A stretch of DNA of 64,000 bases, from assembly GCA_965243395.1 (NCBI GenBank), contig CBDEUS010000001.1:256001-320000 (forward strand). The letters are read 5' to 3'. Of this stretch, positions 1 through 10,672 are shown piece after piece. Numbering within the stretch: the first letter of the stretch is position 1; each line of letters opens with the position of its first letter. Both the position numbers and the translations under genes were made by a program. Source of the DNA: Gammaproteobacteria bacterium. GTDB lineage: Bacteria > Pseudomonadota > Gammaproteobacteria > UBA4575. Below the pieces are notes generated by a model. It was not told the origin of the DNA. It ran no database searches and saw nothing but the letters and a program-made list of their open reading frames with translations.

Positions 1-168
1 AATGAGGAAGAATGTGTGAAGGAAAGGGAATTTATTATGGTTTCATCGGCTTTTTTATACATGTCGGTACGCACAGCTTGACCATAGGGTAACCAAGCGT
101 AAACAATTGAATTTTAATAGAATAATGATTGTTCAAAAATCTTAAGCGATTTCAATTAGGGAAAATTC

Positions 169-591
169 GTGTCCGTATTAGAGACTATTATCGGTAAGAG
201 GAAACCGAAGTTTGATTCTTATGAAGTCATCTTAGACTTGCTGCAAAAATTTATGATTGAGAGTAAATCTCAAGCATCAATGCGCAGCTTCACACCACCT
301 CAACAAGTAATGTTGACCATGTACACTTTTGGTGCACTTACATTTTTATCAGAGTTTAATGAAGTTCCAGAAGCAGAACATATTTTTGTTTTGGACGCAT
401 ATCTACAACGCCAGGGTTTAACGGATAAACAATCAGTAGCCGAAGCAAGAACTATAGTTGAGCAAGCTAAAGATTCCAGTATGCAATGGGGTGTTGAAAT
501 AGGTTATAACGCTGCAATGTACTGGCATAAAGATAAAGATACAAATGCTCCGAAAGCACTTGCACGTCTTTTAAAAACGACTCGAAAATAA
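169..591 (+). CDS. hypothetical protein
   Basis: 140-aa ORF with GTG start; no motif recognised. Confidence 0.6.
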   Translation: MSVLETIIGKRKPKFDSYEVILDLLQKFMIESKSQASMRSFTPPQQVMLTMYTFGALTFLSEFNEVPEAEHIFVLDAYLQRQGLTDKQSVAEARTIVEQAKDSSMQWGVEIGYNAAMYWHKDKDTNAPKALARLLKTTRK

Positions 592-610
592 AATAAAGTT
601 TTATAGTGGT

Positions 611-1303
611 TTACCCACCACTTTTGATTGCAAGGTTTGCTACCGCATTACGCAATTTGTCAGCATGTGAGTTGGTTGCGGATCCCTCAATGAGAATTTC
701 TCGTGGAGATGTTTGATCTCCATAGTAATCATGATTCCAGTCGTTACGTGTTTTGAGTACTGCGCCTTCTATATTGATGCCGCCATATATGCCTTTGGTT
801 CTTGAGAACGCAAGAATATCTGCGGTTTGTGCTTTTGCTCCAGCACCAATCGGACCTGCAGCAATGCTGACATCTCCTCCAAGTTTGAAGGATGATGTAA
901 GTAAAGCGTCTACACCTTTATCGGTCATAATCATGAGTATTATTTCCGATACCTCAACTCCAATTTGAAAACCTACGGTACCAGAACCCATGGTGTAAAA
1001 TGCTGGATCGCTCCAGATGTTGCCATCTCCTTTTACTAATAGAACACCGCTCCCACCAGAACCACCAAAGATAAGCCCTCCTTTTACTAATGAGGGAACA
1101 ATCAAAACACCTTTTGCTTTGCTCATATTGTCACGAAACCACGTCATATCCGGGTCAATGGTAAACGTATTTACTGATTCAGCAGCAGCATCAACTAGTG
1201 CTTCTGCTGTTGCAGTGGATGCATGTAATTGTGAGGAAGAAACAAATAGAAAACATGTAAATACGATTATTGTTGTGAAATATTTACGAGCAATCTTATT
1301 CAT
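611..1303 (-). CDS. lipid-binding SYLF (Ysc84-like) domain exported protein
   Basis: AKGVLIVPSLVKGGLIFGGSGGSG and FSRTKGIYGGINIEGAV motifs; signal peptide from ATG 1303. Confidence 0.85.
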   Translation of the reverse strand: MNKIARKYFTTIIVFTCFLFVSSSQLHASTATAEALVDAAAESVNTFTIDPDMTWFRDNMSKAKGVLIVPSLVKGGLIFGGSGGSGVLLVKGDGNIWSDPAFYTMGSGTVGFQIGVEVSEIILMIMTDKGVDALLTSSFKLGGDVSIAAGPIGAGAKAQTADILAFSRTKGIYGGINIEGAVLKTRNDWNHDYYGDQTSPREILIEGSATNSHADKLRNAVANLAIKSGG

Positions 1304-1393
1304 TTGAATGTCCTTTATATTAGGAGAGTAATTGGTGTGAATTATAACCTTAAACCACAGTAAAGCGATAAAGTTCAATTTTTTTGATTAAGT

Positions 1394-2146
1394 TTACAAT
1401 TCTCTTATGTAACGCATTGCCCAACATGCAATATTTTGGGAGATATATTCTGCATCAGCTTTTTTGGATACTAAATGATCAGTTTCATCTAGCGAGATAA
1501 AACTTTTAGGGTGTTTAGCTTCCATGAAAATTTTAGCCGCTTCGTCGATTGAAACGATATCATCAAATGGCGAATGAAAAATAAGAATAGGTTTGTTTAA
1601 TTTTTTAATAAATTGTTTTTCGTCATAGCTTTTTAGGTCCTGAATATATTCTTTGGTAAGTCTAAAGGGCCGATCAAAAATACTTACATCATCAAAACCC
1701 TGTTTTAAAATTTTAGGAATATGTTGTTCAAAGTGATCAAGAACATGTGCAGGTCGACTTGGAGAAGCAATTGTAGTTACTGCCTGAATTTCATCTAATT
1801 CACAAGCGGCCGCTGTAGCAGCGATACCACCCAGGCTGTGTCCTATAAGCAGCTTGGGCTTTTGGTAATTCTTCGTTAAAAAATCTACAGCCGCTTTAAT
1901 ATCATTAATATTGCTGGAGAAATCTGTACTAGAAAAATCTCCCTGGCTTTTCCCTAGTCCGGTAAAATCAAAACGTAATACTTGTATATCTTGTTTGGCT
2001 AGCGCTTTACATATGCGGTAGCTTGACGAGTGGTCTTTTGAGCATGTAAAGCAATGGGTATAAATGGCTTGTACTCTCGGCATTTCAACTTCATCGATAA
2101 CTCCTGCAAGGATTTCGCCGCGATTATTTGAAAATGTAACATCCAT
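1394..2146 (-). CDS. alpha/beta hydrolase (OsmC-associated hydrolase type, no OsmC domain)
   Basis: HCFTCSKD, LRFDFTGLG, GHSLGG nucleophile elbow, AKHPKSFISLD. Confidence 0.85.
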   Translation of the reverse strand: MDVTFSNNRGEILAGVIDEVEMPRVQAIYTHCFTCSKDHSSSYRICKALAKQDIQVLRFDFTGLGKSQGDFSSTDFSSNINDIKAAVDFLTKNYQKPKLLIGHSLGGIAATAAACELDEIQAVTTIASPSRPAHVLDHFEQHIPKILKQGFDDVSIFDRPFRLTKEYIQDLKSYDEKQFIKKLNKPILIFHSPFDDIVSIDEAAKIFMEAKHPKSFISLDETDHLVSKKADAEYISQNIACWAMRYIREL

Positions 2147-2288
2147 GTATTAATTTTCGACTTTTCAATTTGGGAAGGAACATTTTGCTATGAGTTAAAC
2201 TTTCTTCTATATTCACCGTCAATTCTACATCTTTGCTTGATTAAGTCTATTATTCGATATGTTTGGTTCTTAGAAACTGGAGGAACAA

Positions 2289-2648
2289 ATGAAAACTATT
2301 TTTTTCGCTATTTTGGTAATTATGTTTTTAGTTACACCTGTGCATGCAACGGTGTATCACTTTTTTAATGGAGAAGGTATAACAGAAGCGGCTTTGGAAT
2401 GGGAAAATGCACAATCAAACTCCAAGGAAGCAAATTTACTATTGGTTTCGGAATATGTGGGCTATGTGGGTGCACTATTTGATCATTTATCTGAAAAGCA
2501 ACATATTTGTGTACCAGATGAAATTACTAAAAATGATGTTTTACAAGTTGTAGCTGATTATTTGAAATATACGAGTAAAGGTAAAAAAAATGCTGGTTCA
2601 GTTCAGGTAGAAGATGCACTTTACAAGCAGTATACCTGTAAGAAATAG
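2289..2648 (+). CDS. exported Rap1a/Tai-like immunity family protein
   Basis: signal peptide; GYVGALFD...ICVP...VVADYL...C-terminal Cys pattern. Confidence 0.6.
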   Translation: MKTIFFAILVIMFLVTPVHATVYHFFNGEGITEAALEWENAQSNSKEANLLLVSEYVGYVGALFDHLSEKQHICVPDEITKNDVLQVVADYLKYTSKGKKNAGSVQVEDALYKQYTCKK

Positions 2649-2698
2649 AATTATTGTTCAAACAATTATATATAGCGGTTAGAAATGAGGAGTTGGTA

Positions 2699-3502
2699 AT
2701 GAAATATTTAAGTATATTTTTCATTTTAGTCTTTTTTGTGTTGGACGTATATGCAAAAGAGGCAACTGAATCGAACATCATTACACATGAGATTGAGTAT
2801 GAAGTTGAGAATACAAAGTTAACAGGGTATTTAGCTTTTGATGTATCAACAAAAGATAAACGCCCTGGTGTACTCGTTGTGCATGAATGGTGGGGTCATA
2901 ATCAATACGCAAGAAATCGCGCAGAAATGCTAGCAAAACTAGGTTATGTGGCATTCGCCGTCGATATGTATGGTGATGGCAAGTTAGCACAGCATCCTGA
3001 TGATGCCGGTAAATTTATGAAAGAAGTAACCAGTAATATGCCATTAGCGGAAAAACGAATGGCGGCTGCACTCGATGTATTAAATGAACAAGCATTAACA
3101 GATACTTCAAAAACTGCTGCAATCGGTTATTGTTTTGGTGGAGCAATGGTATTGCATCTTGCACGTATTGGTACTGATATTGATGGCGTTGTTAGCTTTC
3201 ATGGTAGTTTGGGAACAGGAAGCCCAGCGCAAAAAGATACTGTCATAGCGAAAGTATTAGTATTGCATGGCGATGCAGATCCATTTATCCCGAAAGAACA
3301 AGTCGATGCATTTAAGGAAGAGATGCAGAACGCTGGTGTGAGGTATGAATTTGTTGGTTATCCAAATGTGAAACATAGTTTTACTAACCCACAGGCTGAT
3401 GAATTCAGCGAGAAGTTTGATTTACCAGCTTTAGAATATAACCAACATGCCGATGAAGATTCATGGCGGCGTATGCAAGCTTTTTTTGAGCAAATTTTTT
3501 AA
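2699..3502 (+). CDS. dienelactone hydrolase family protein, exported
   Basis: PGVLVVHEWWG, GYCFGG, HSFTNP; signal peptide; GAGGAG RBS before ATG 2699. Confidence 0.9.
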   Translation: MKYLSIFFILVFFVLDVYAKEATESNIITHEIEYEVENTKLTGYLAFDVSTKDKRPGVLVVHEWWGHNQYARNRAEMLAKLGYVAFAVDMYGDGKLAQHPDDAGKFMKEVTSNMPLAEKRMAAALDVLNEQALTDTSKTAAIGYCFGGAMVLHLARIGTDIDGVVSFHGSLGTGSPAQKDTVIAKVLVLHGDADPFIPKEQVDAFKEEMQNAGVRYEFVGYPNVKHSFTNPQADEFSEKFDLPALEYNQHADEDSWRRMQAFFEQIF

Positions 3503-3554
3503 CTAATTTAATTTAAATGTAAAAATTCGTTACTTTAATAAAGTATGTCTGCAT

Positions 3555-3584
3555 AAAAAAAGCCCCTGGAAAGGGGCTTTTTTT
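3555..3584. terminator. bidirectional intrinsic terminator
   Basis: A-run, AGCCCCT-GGAA-AGGGGCT hairpin, T-run, between convergent genes. Confidence 0.9.
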
Positions 3585-3603
3585 ATTATAAAAATTAATT
3601 AGC

Positions 3604-5361
3604 TCAGGCAGCTTTACTTTGTAAAGCGTCTGTAATTTTTGCTAATTCATCTTTCAAGGTTTGTGGTGTACGGGCACCAAACTCATCAAGATACTCGCTA
3701 ATAGCTTGAACTTCATCTTGCCATTGAGCAACATTGACACCTAAAAGTGCTTCCATGGTTTCTTTAGAAACGTCGAGGCCTTCTGTGTCAATATCTTCAA
3801 CATTTGGTAGGTAACCGATTGGTGTTTCACGCGCATCTACTTTTCCTTCAACACGATCAAGTATCCAAGAAAGTACACGCATGTTCTCACCAAATCCAGG
3901 CCACATAAATTTGCCATCTTCGTCACGACGGAACCAATTGCAATGGAAAATTTTAGGTAGTTTGTCAGATTTAGGTCCAAACGTTAACCAATGTGCAAAG
4001 TAGTCTGCAAAGTTATAACCACAGAATGGTTTCATCGCCATAGGGTCGCGTCGAACTTGACCCGCACCGCCAATCGCAGCAGCCGTCATTTCAGAGGCAC
4101 AAGAAGCACCGACTAATACACCATGATCCCAGTCTTTAGCTTCATAAACTAGCGGAGCCAATTCTTTTCTTCGTCCACCAAAAACAATTGCACTGATAGG
4201 TACGCCATCAGGACTATCTGCCATTGGTGAATAAACCGGATTATTTTTTGCGGATACGGTAAATCGACCATTAGGATGTGCTGCTGGCCCCACTTCCGGG
4301 TCATAAGGATTACCTTTCCAGTCAGTCACAGGCTCCATGCCATCATCTTTATCTTCCCACCATGGTTGGTTATCTGCAGTTACACCGGCGTTAGTGAAGA
4401 TTGCATCCGACTTTAAACATTCATAGGCATTTTTGTTGGACCATTCGTTAGTGCCTGGAATCACGCCAAAGTATCCAGACTCAGGGTTGATCGCCCATAA
4501 ACGACCATCTTCACGTAAATGTAACCAGCAAATGTCATCGCCTACTGTTGTCACTTTCCAGCCTTTGTACTGTTCTGGTGGTATTAACATTGCAAGGTTT
4601 GTTTTTCCGCATGCAGAAGGGAATGCGCATGCAACGTAATGAGTTTCACCTTCAGGACTTTCAAGACCCATAATTAACATATGCTCTGCAAGCCATCCTT
4701 CTGTTCTAGCTTGCCAGCTAGCAATGCGAAGAGCGTGACACTTCTTACCAAGAAGTGCGTTACCACCGTAACCGGAACCAATACTTCTAATTAGAAGTTG
4801 TTCTGGGAAGTGCATAATGAAACGCTTTTCAGGATCTAGGTCACCTGTTGAATGCACACCTTTTACAAAGGTGCCTTCTTTTTCAATTCTTTTTAAAGCG
4901 GGTGTTCCAATGCGGCACATAATTTTCATATTGGCCACTACGTAAGGGCTGTCTGTAATTTCTACGCCGTTACGTGAAAGTGGAGAATCAATTGGGCCCA
5001 TGCAGTAAGGAATGACATACATGGTGCGGCCCTTCATGCAGCCATCAAACAACTCATCTAATTTTTTAGTTGCTTCTACAGGATCCATCCAGTGGTTATT
5101 TGGACCCGCATCTTCTTCATTTTTTGAACAAACAAAAGTTAAGTGTTCAACACGTGCAACATCAGAAGGGTCTGATCGATGTAAGTAGCAATTAGGGTGA
5201 GTTTCTTCATTGAGTTTAAGCAGCGTTCCGGATTCCAACATCATGTCAACCATACGGTTGTATTCTTCATCGCTGCCGTCACACCAAACAATATTATCGG
5301 GTTTGGTTAGCGCCGCTGTTTCCTCTACCCATTTCGCCAGGGCATCATTCGTCGTACTCAT
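3604..5361 (-). CDS. pckG: phosphoenolpyruvate carboxykinase (GTP)
   Basis: GSGYGGNALLGKKC, FPSACGKTNLAM, VGDDI, RRDPMAMKPF, WPGFGEN. Confidence 0.97.
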   Translation of the reverse strand: MSTTNDALAKWVEETAALTKPDNIVWCDGSDEEYNRMVDMMLESGTLLKLNEETHPNCYLHRSDPSDVARVEHLTFVCSKNEEDAGPNNHWMDPVEATKKLDELFDGCMKGRTMYVIPYCMGPIDSPLSRNGVEITDSPYVVANMKIMCRIGTPALKRIEKEGTFVKGVHSTGDLDPEKRFIMHFPEQLLIRSIGSGYGGNALLGKKCHALRIASWQARTEGWLAEHMLIMGLESPEGETHYVACAFPSACGKTNLAMLIPPEQYKGWKVTTVGDDICWLHLREDGRLWAINPESGYFGVIPGTNEWSNKNAYECLKSDAIFTNAGVTADNQPWWEDKDDGMEPVTDWKGNPYDPEVGPAAHPNGRFTVSAKNNPVYSPMADSPDGVPISAIVFGGRRKELAPLVYEAKDWDHGVLVGASCASEMTAAAIGGAGQVRRDPMAMKPFCGYNFADYFAHWLTFGPKSDKLPKIFHCNWFRRDEDGKFMWPGFGENMRVLSWILDRVEGKVDARETPIGYLPNVEDIDTEGLDVSKETMEALLGVNVAQWQDEVQAISEYLDEFGARTPQTLKDELAKITDALQSKAA

Positions 5362-5583
5362 CAGTAATTCCTTGTTTTAATTGAAAGTTATGTGGCTTGT
5401 TTAGTAAAAATAATTATTATCAACAAGCTAAAAATTCGGAGTTCCCGATTATACATAGCGAAGATGAAGATTTAAGCTTAAGGAAAGAATTATTATGAGG
5501 ATCCTAAGTCTTATATCTCATAATAGGTATAAATTTGTGTTTATTTTTTAGCCAAACACACTAAGCGTATACAAAACATGGAA

Positions 5584-6141
5584 TTAGATCGGTCCGACCA
5601 TAAGAATCATCAATCCGGGCGGGATTTGATCAGATGCTCCATTTTGGCGCGTTTCATCCATTTCAATTGAAAGCGAAAGACCAGAATTTTTACAATTTTC
5701 ACGTAAATTTTGGTTTGAGCTGATGTTACTTTGTTTAGGTAAAGTCATTCCTGCCGCAAGATGTAATTTAGAACTACGCAAGCTTTGATCTTCTAAATAA
5801 ATTTTATATGGAAAGGAATTGTTAGGGAGAGTGGAAGAGAGCTTATCGACTTTTAGCTCATAGGGAACTCCAGCGTTTTGATCAAAACCATGATGCGCAA
5901 TACAAAACGGTTTTGAATTTACAGGTTCTAAAATTTTTGATTGATCCAGCAATAATTCATTTGGACTTTCAGTACTGAGTGTTTGGCTTACATAAACAGA
6001 AATGTCAACGGATGCAGAAGAGGACTTGCCTCTTTTACCTTGGGAAGCAGCTAAAACCGCGTTACTTGTGAACACAAATAGCGATAACAATAAAATAAAT
6101 TTAAATATTAATTTTAAATAAATTTTTTCCGAAGTATCCAT
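5584..6141 (-). CDS. exported protein, possible fimbrial/Csu-like subunit
   Basis: signal peptide, then AASQG..SSSASVDISV beta-strand start; two Cys; lies downstream of c-di-GMP riboswitch. Confidence 0.5.
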   Translation of the reverse strand: MDTSEKIYLKLIFKFILLLSLFVFTSNAVLAASQGKRGKSSSASVDISVYVSQTLSTESPNELLLDQSKILEPVNSKPFCIAHHGFDQNAGVPYELKVDKLSSTLPNNSFPYKIYLEDQSLRSSKLHLAAGMTLPKQSNISSNQNLRENCKNSGLSLSIEMDETRQNGASDQIPPGLMILMVGPI

Positions 6142-6220
6142 CTCACATTTCCAATATGCAAAGTACACAGAAATGTGAGACCACTCGAAGAGATATATTG
6201 AATAACTATCTCGCTGCTTT

Positions 6221-6345
6221 ATTCGGCGGTCCCGCTGCCTTAGATATTTTCATTTGCATGCATAGTTAATACGCCGCTTATAAAAATAACCTTAGGTCGG
6301 TGACTTTGCGTCCCCATCTTTCAATGGGTTTGCCTTTTACATTTC
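6221..6345 (-). ncRNA. c-di-GMP-I (GEMM) riboswitch
   Basis: minus strand reads AAAAGGCAAACCCATTGAAAGATGGGGACGCAAAGTCACCGACCTAAG...TAAGGCAGCGGGACCGCCGA: P2 with GAAA tetraloop, GACGCAAAG junction and CTAAG tetraloop receptor. Confidence 0.9.
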
Positions 6346-6633
6346 TATGTAACGGCACGAACTGAATAAAGTTGATTAATTGTTATTGTTTTAAATAGCG
6401 ATTTAATCATTACACACACAAGTAGTAGCAAACAAGTAACCTTATAATTTGATTAGAGTTACATGATGAATAGTAATGATTTAATAATTAAATCGTTTTT
6501 ACAGTGTGTATAACGAATTAATTTTATTTATGTTTATTTGCTTATATTTTTTACTAAAACTGTGAGCAAATTCCGTTATAGTTGGTAACGTATTGAAAAT
6601 TTTCTTTCAGAATCGTTCAAAAGGAGGATAAAT

Positions 6634-6960
6634 ATGTACAAAAAACTCTGGATTATTTTGTTTGCAGCTACTTTATTAGTGCCATTCAATGCATTAGCAA
6701 GTGGTTCTTCGCATATACATTACAGCTATCATGCAGGCGGGTTTGCAGAGTCAGGTTCGGCAGAGGCTATGGTCGCAGATGTAGTGATAGCAAGACCCAT
6801 AGGTTTAGTGTCCACAATTGTGGGTTCTACTGTGTATGTTGTTTCTTTACCTTTTAGTTTATTAGGTGGTAACGAAAAGCAAGCCAGAGAAAAGTTAGTT
6901 AAAGAACCAACTGCATTTACATTTAAGCGACCTTTGGGGGAATTTCGGAGTTTAGATTGA
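6634..6960 (+). CDS. conserved exported/membrane hypothetical protein
   Basis: AGGAGG RBS; signal peptide; DVVIARPIG...SLPFS...PTAFTFKRPLG. Confidence 0.75.
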   Translation: MYKKLWIILFAATLLVPFNALASGSSHIHYSYHAGGFAESGSAEAMVADVVIARPIGLVSTIVGSTVYVVSLPFSLLGGNEKQAREKLVKEPTAFTFKRPLGEFRSLD

Positions 6961-6979
6961 GCTGAGAAAAATTTATAAA

Positions 6980-8089
6980 CTAAATTGTGCTATGTAATAC
7001 CACTCTATTACGGCCATCTTGCTTAGCTTGATAGAGGGCCTTGTCAGCTTTGCGTAATAATTCGCGACCTAAATCAAATGTATTCATTTTGATATCTGGT
7101 TTTTCGAGTGTGGATACACCGATAGAAACCGTAAGTGAGCAATTTTCTCCATCTACAAAAGTAGTTTCAGAGATACTATGTTGAATTCGTTCTGCCACTT
7201 CTTCTGCATAGTCTTGCCCAGATTGTTCTAGTAAAACAGCAAACTCTTCACCACCATAACGTGCTACTACATCTATATTGCGGAGTTGTGCACGAATTAA
7301 TTCAGCAACTTTAGTTAAGACAACATCTCCAGTTTCGTGTCCAAAGCTGTCATTAACAACTTTGAAGTGATCAATATCGATAAACAAACAGCTAACTGAT
7401 GACTGCAAACGTTGTGCACGGGAAATTTCTTCATTTAAACGTTGATCGAAAAACCTTCGATTATTTACGCCGGTTAAAGCATCCGTTAAACCTGCCTGCT
7501 TAAGTTTTTCTTGCGCAATAGTAGTGTCGAGGCAAGTAGCTAAAACGGCTGCTAAATGTTCGAGAAAATCTGTAGCGTCCTGTTTGTTAAATCTGCGCAG
7601 TTGAAAACTACCCAAGTTAAGACTGCCTAATAACTTATTTTTTCTAAATAACGGCAACAAAGCTACACTGCGCGGATACTTTCGATCACTTAAAAATAAA
7701 TCTTCATGATGATTGATATCAAAAGCGCCCAGTAAGGGCTTTTTATATCGTCCGTAATATTTTTTTAGATTTAAGATATCGCTTGTAAAGATTAATTCAG
7801 GATAGCGGCTGGTGTCTTCGCCCACATCACGTAACAACCTTTTAATGTCTTGGTGTTCATCATGTAAAACGATAGTTAATACATCCCAACCAAAAGTGGA
7901 TTTACTTTTGTGCGCTATTAACTGCATGAGCTCAGCAAGAGAGCTACAGCTCAATAATCTCAATTCTAAGTTTTGAAATTTACGCAAAGTAACTTCGTTT
8001 CTGCGTGCGTCATGCACTAATGACTCAAGTCGATTACGTAATGCGTCAATCTCAGTTAATTCTTCTTCAAGATGAGGGAGCGTAGACAT
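6980..8089 (-). CDS. DUF484/GAF sensor diguanylate cyclase
   Basis: DALTGVNNRR, DIDHFK, RxxD I-site, ARYGGEEF. Confidence 0.92.
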   Translation of the reverse strand: MSTLPHLEEELTEIDALRNRLESLVHDARRNEVTLRKFQNLELRLLSCSSLAELMQLIAHKSKSTFGWDVLTIVLHDEHQDIKRLLRDVGEDTSRYPELIFTSDILNLKKYYGRYKKPLLGAFDINHHEDLFLSDRKYPRSVALLPLFRKNKLLGSLNLGSFQLRRFNKQDATDFLEHLAAVLATCLDTTIAQEKLKQAGLTDALTGVNNRRFFDQRLNEEISRAQRLQSSVSCLFIDIDHFKVVNDSFGHETGDVVLTKVAELIRAQLRNIDVVARYGGEEFAVLLEQSGQDYAEEVAERIQHSISETTFVDGENCSLTVSIGVSTLEKPDIKMNTFDLGRELLRKADKALYQAKQDGRNRVVLHSTI

Positions 8090-10669
8090 TTAATTTACCT
8101 GTTTTAAACCTTCGATTGGAACCGGTGAACCCATTGCAAATCCTTGTGCATAATCCACGCCAAGCTCGCGCAGCATTTCAACTACTTCTTCGCTCTCAGC
8201 ACATTCCGCTATAGTGCCAATCCCCATAATGTGTCCTACCTGATTAATAGCTTCTACCATTGCATGGTCAATCGTGTCATCAATCATGTCATGAACAAAA
8301 CTGCCATCAATTTTTAAATAATCGACAGGGAGATTTTTTAAGTATGTAAACGATGATAAACCGCTACCAAAATCATCTAATGCAAATCGACAACCAATGC
8401 GCTTGAGTTCAAGAATTAATTGGCTAACTTGATCAAGATTGCTAATCGCTGCCGTTTCTGTAATTTCAAAGCAAACGTTTGAAGGTTCAATTTCAGTTTT
8501 ATTTATTTCGCCTTTAATAAAATCTAATAGTGAATCATCGTTTAACGAATTTCCGGACAAGTTTATGGCTATCTGCACTCCTGAATCTTTACCAAATATG
8601 TCGTTGTAGCTTCGAAATGCGGTGCTAATCATCCAACGGTCTAGGCTCGTCATTAATCCATAGCGTTCAGCAGCCGGTATAAAACTTGCTGGCATAATTA
8701 AATCGCCTTTAGGATCTGTTAAACGAATAAGTAATTCATAATGCAAAGATTCCTGGTTCTGAGGTGAGAGGGCAACAATAGGTTGACAATAAATTCGAAA
8801 ACGATCTTCTTGCAGGGCACCGGTAACGCCTGCTGCACGCATCATTTCTGTGTGTCTGCGTGTGAGCTCATCATCTTCCTGTCTATAAATATGTAATTTA
8901 TTACGACCATGATCTTTGGCGGTAAAGCATGCGAGTTCGGCACGGGTTAACATATGTGCAGGATCTTGAGAGTTTTTATCAATCGTAATCAGGCCAATGC
9001 TAAGACCAATTTCAAAATGTTGATCACGCCACTTAAATGTAGCGCTACGAATAGTGTTAATGAGTTCTTGTGCTATGAGCTTGGCTTGATCAACTGTAGT
9101 GTTAACAAGTAACAGTGAAAATTCATCGCCGCCCAAACGAGCAAATATATCTATACTGCGTATATGTTCCTTCATTTGGTCTGCAGCTTGTTTAAGAATA
9201 ATGTCTCCTGCTGTATGCCCAGCTTGAGCATTAATAATCTTGAATTGATTTAGATCCAGGTAACACAATACATGTTGCACATCATGTGTTGCTGCACTTG
9301 AAATCGCTTCTTCCAGTCGGAATTCAAATTCTTGTCTGTTTAACAAGCCAGTTAATGAGTCGTGTGAGGCCTGGTGGCTAATTTCTTGGGTAAGTCGCTT
9401 GGTTTCCGAGGCATCTTTAAAGATGACAACTAATCCACCAGTCTCAAGGTTTAATGAACTGCTGGGTGTGATGGATAATTCAATAGGATGTTCGTTATTA
9501 AATCTATCTAGCAGAACGAGATTATTTTTGGACTCAATAGGTTTGCCTGTATCTAAACAATCTTTGCCTAAGTTTGTTATGCGTTCACGTGTGTTGGCAT
9601 CGATAAGTTTTAGAATACTATCAAGATGATTACCTTTTGCCTCGTAGCTGGGCCAGCCGGTTAAGCCTTCAGCCACAGGATTCATCGATTCGATATTACA
9701 ATTTATATCGGTAGCGACTACTCCATCTTTAAGTAGCTTTAAAGTAATTCGATTACGTTGTTTTTCTTGCTCAAGTTTATTCTCGGTAACAGCTGTTTTG
9801 GTAATATCTTGTAAAATTAAATTAAAGAAATTTTGGTCGTTTTCATTTTCATTATAAGCAGAAACACGAAAAAACTTTATTGTGTTGTCAAGACCAACAA
9901 ACTTAATGTCTGGTACGAGTTCATTGGCATCATCATCACAGGTGTTAATAATATGATGCAGCTTTATGATTTCAGACTGTTCAAAGACTAATGCTAGAGG
10001 TGTTCCTAATGAATCTTGTTCATCTAACCCCAACATCATTGCTGCAGGAGTATTGAGTTCTACAATTGTATCTTCTTCGTCGACACTAAGAAGTCCAATT
10101 GCAGCGACTTCTAAAATGGTATCTAGTTTGTTATCAGAAGTGAATTGATCTTCTATTGAGGTAACTTCCTGTTCAGAAGTTGAAGAAGAATCAAAATCGA
10201 TAAGTTTTTCTTTAGCGAGCTTAGATTCATCTATCGAGTTTTTTAATGCACTGGGTAAAGCCTTGATATTAGCGGTTGACCATACTTCTACATCATTTGC
10301 GAGCGCAGGATTTTTTTTGATGGTTTCATCTATTAAGCTAAATTCAGTTGGCTTACGTAACAAAAATATTTTAATGTTATTGTCATGTTCTAGTATCCAG
10401 TTAATAACATGCAAAGGTTCTTTCATATGATGCCCAAGTACAATCACTCGGCTATCAATATGCCCATCATGTAGAATTTCAGTAAGTTGTTGTTCACTAG
10501 CCAGGTTAGAAATTGCAAGTGGGGGCGGAGTGTGGCGACAAAGATATGTCCACAAATCTTTGCCGACGTTAACAAGAGATACTTTTATAGCCATATTTGA
10601 TAGCTGGCTAGAAGATGTTTGGTTAGCGCTCAATTTGTTTTTGTAGCGTTTGTCGATAGTTCGAATCAC
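8090..10669 (-). CDS. PAS-PAS-GGDEF-EAL c-di-GMP signalling protein
   Basis: HDSLTGLLNR, RLGGDEF, YELLIRL, EITET, DDFGSGLSS; start uncertain (10669 or 10594). Confidence 0.92.
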   Translation of the reverse strand: MIRTIDKRYKNKLSANQTSSSQLSNMAIKVSLVNVGKDLWTYLCRHTPPPLAISNLASEQQLTEILHDGHIDSRVIVLGHHMKEPLHVINWILEHDNNIKIFLLRKPTEFSLIDETIKKNPALANDVEVWSTANIKALPSALKNSIDESKLAKEKLIDFDSSSTSEQEVTSIEDQFTSDNKLDTILEVAAIGLLSVDEEDTIVELNTPAAMMLGLDEQDSLGTPLALVFEQSEIIKLHHIINTCDDDANELVPDIKFVGLDNTIKFFRVSAYNENENDQNFFNLILQDITKTAVTENKLEQEKQRNRITLKLLKDGVVATDINCNIESMNPVAEGLTGWPSYEAKGNHLDSILKLIDANTRERITNLGKDCLDTGKPIESKNNLVLLDRFNNEHPIELSITPSSSLNLETGGLVVIFKDASETKRLTQEISHQASHDSLTGLLNRQEFEFRLEEAISSAATHDVQHVLCYLDLNQFKIINAQAGHTAGDIILKQAADQMKEHIRSIDIFARLGGDEFSLLLVNTTVDQAKLIAQELINTIRSATFKWRDQHFEIGLSIGLITIDKNSQDPAHMLTRAELACFTAKDHGRNKLHIYRQEDDELTRRHTEMMRAAGVTGALQEDRFRIYCQPIVALSPQNQESLHYELLIRLTDPKGDLIMPASFIPAAERYGLMTSLDRWMISTAFRSYNDIFGKDSGVQIAINLSGNSLNDDSLLDFIKGEINKTEIEPSNVCFEITETAAISNLDQVSQLILELKRIGCRFALDDFGSGLSSFTYLKNLPVDYLKIDGSFVHDMIDDTIDHAMVEAINQVGHIMGIGTIAECAESEEVVEMLRELGVDYAQGFAMGSPVPIEGLKQVN

Positions 10670-10672
10670 GAG

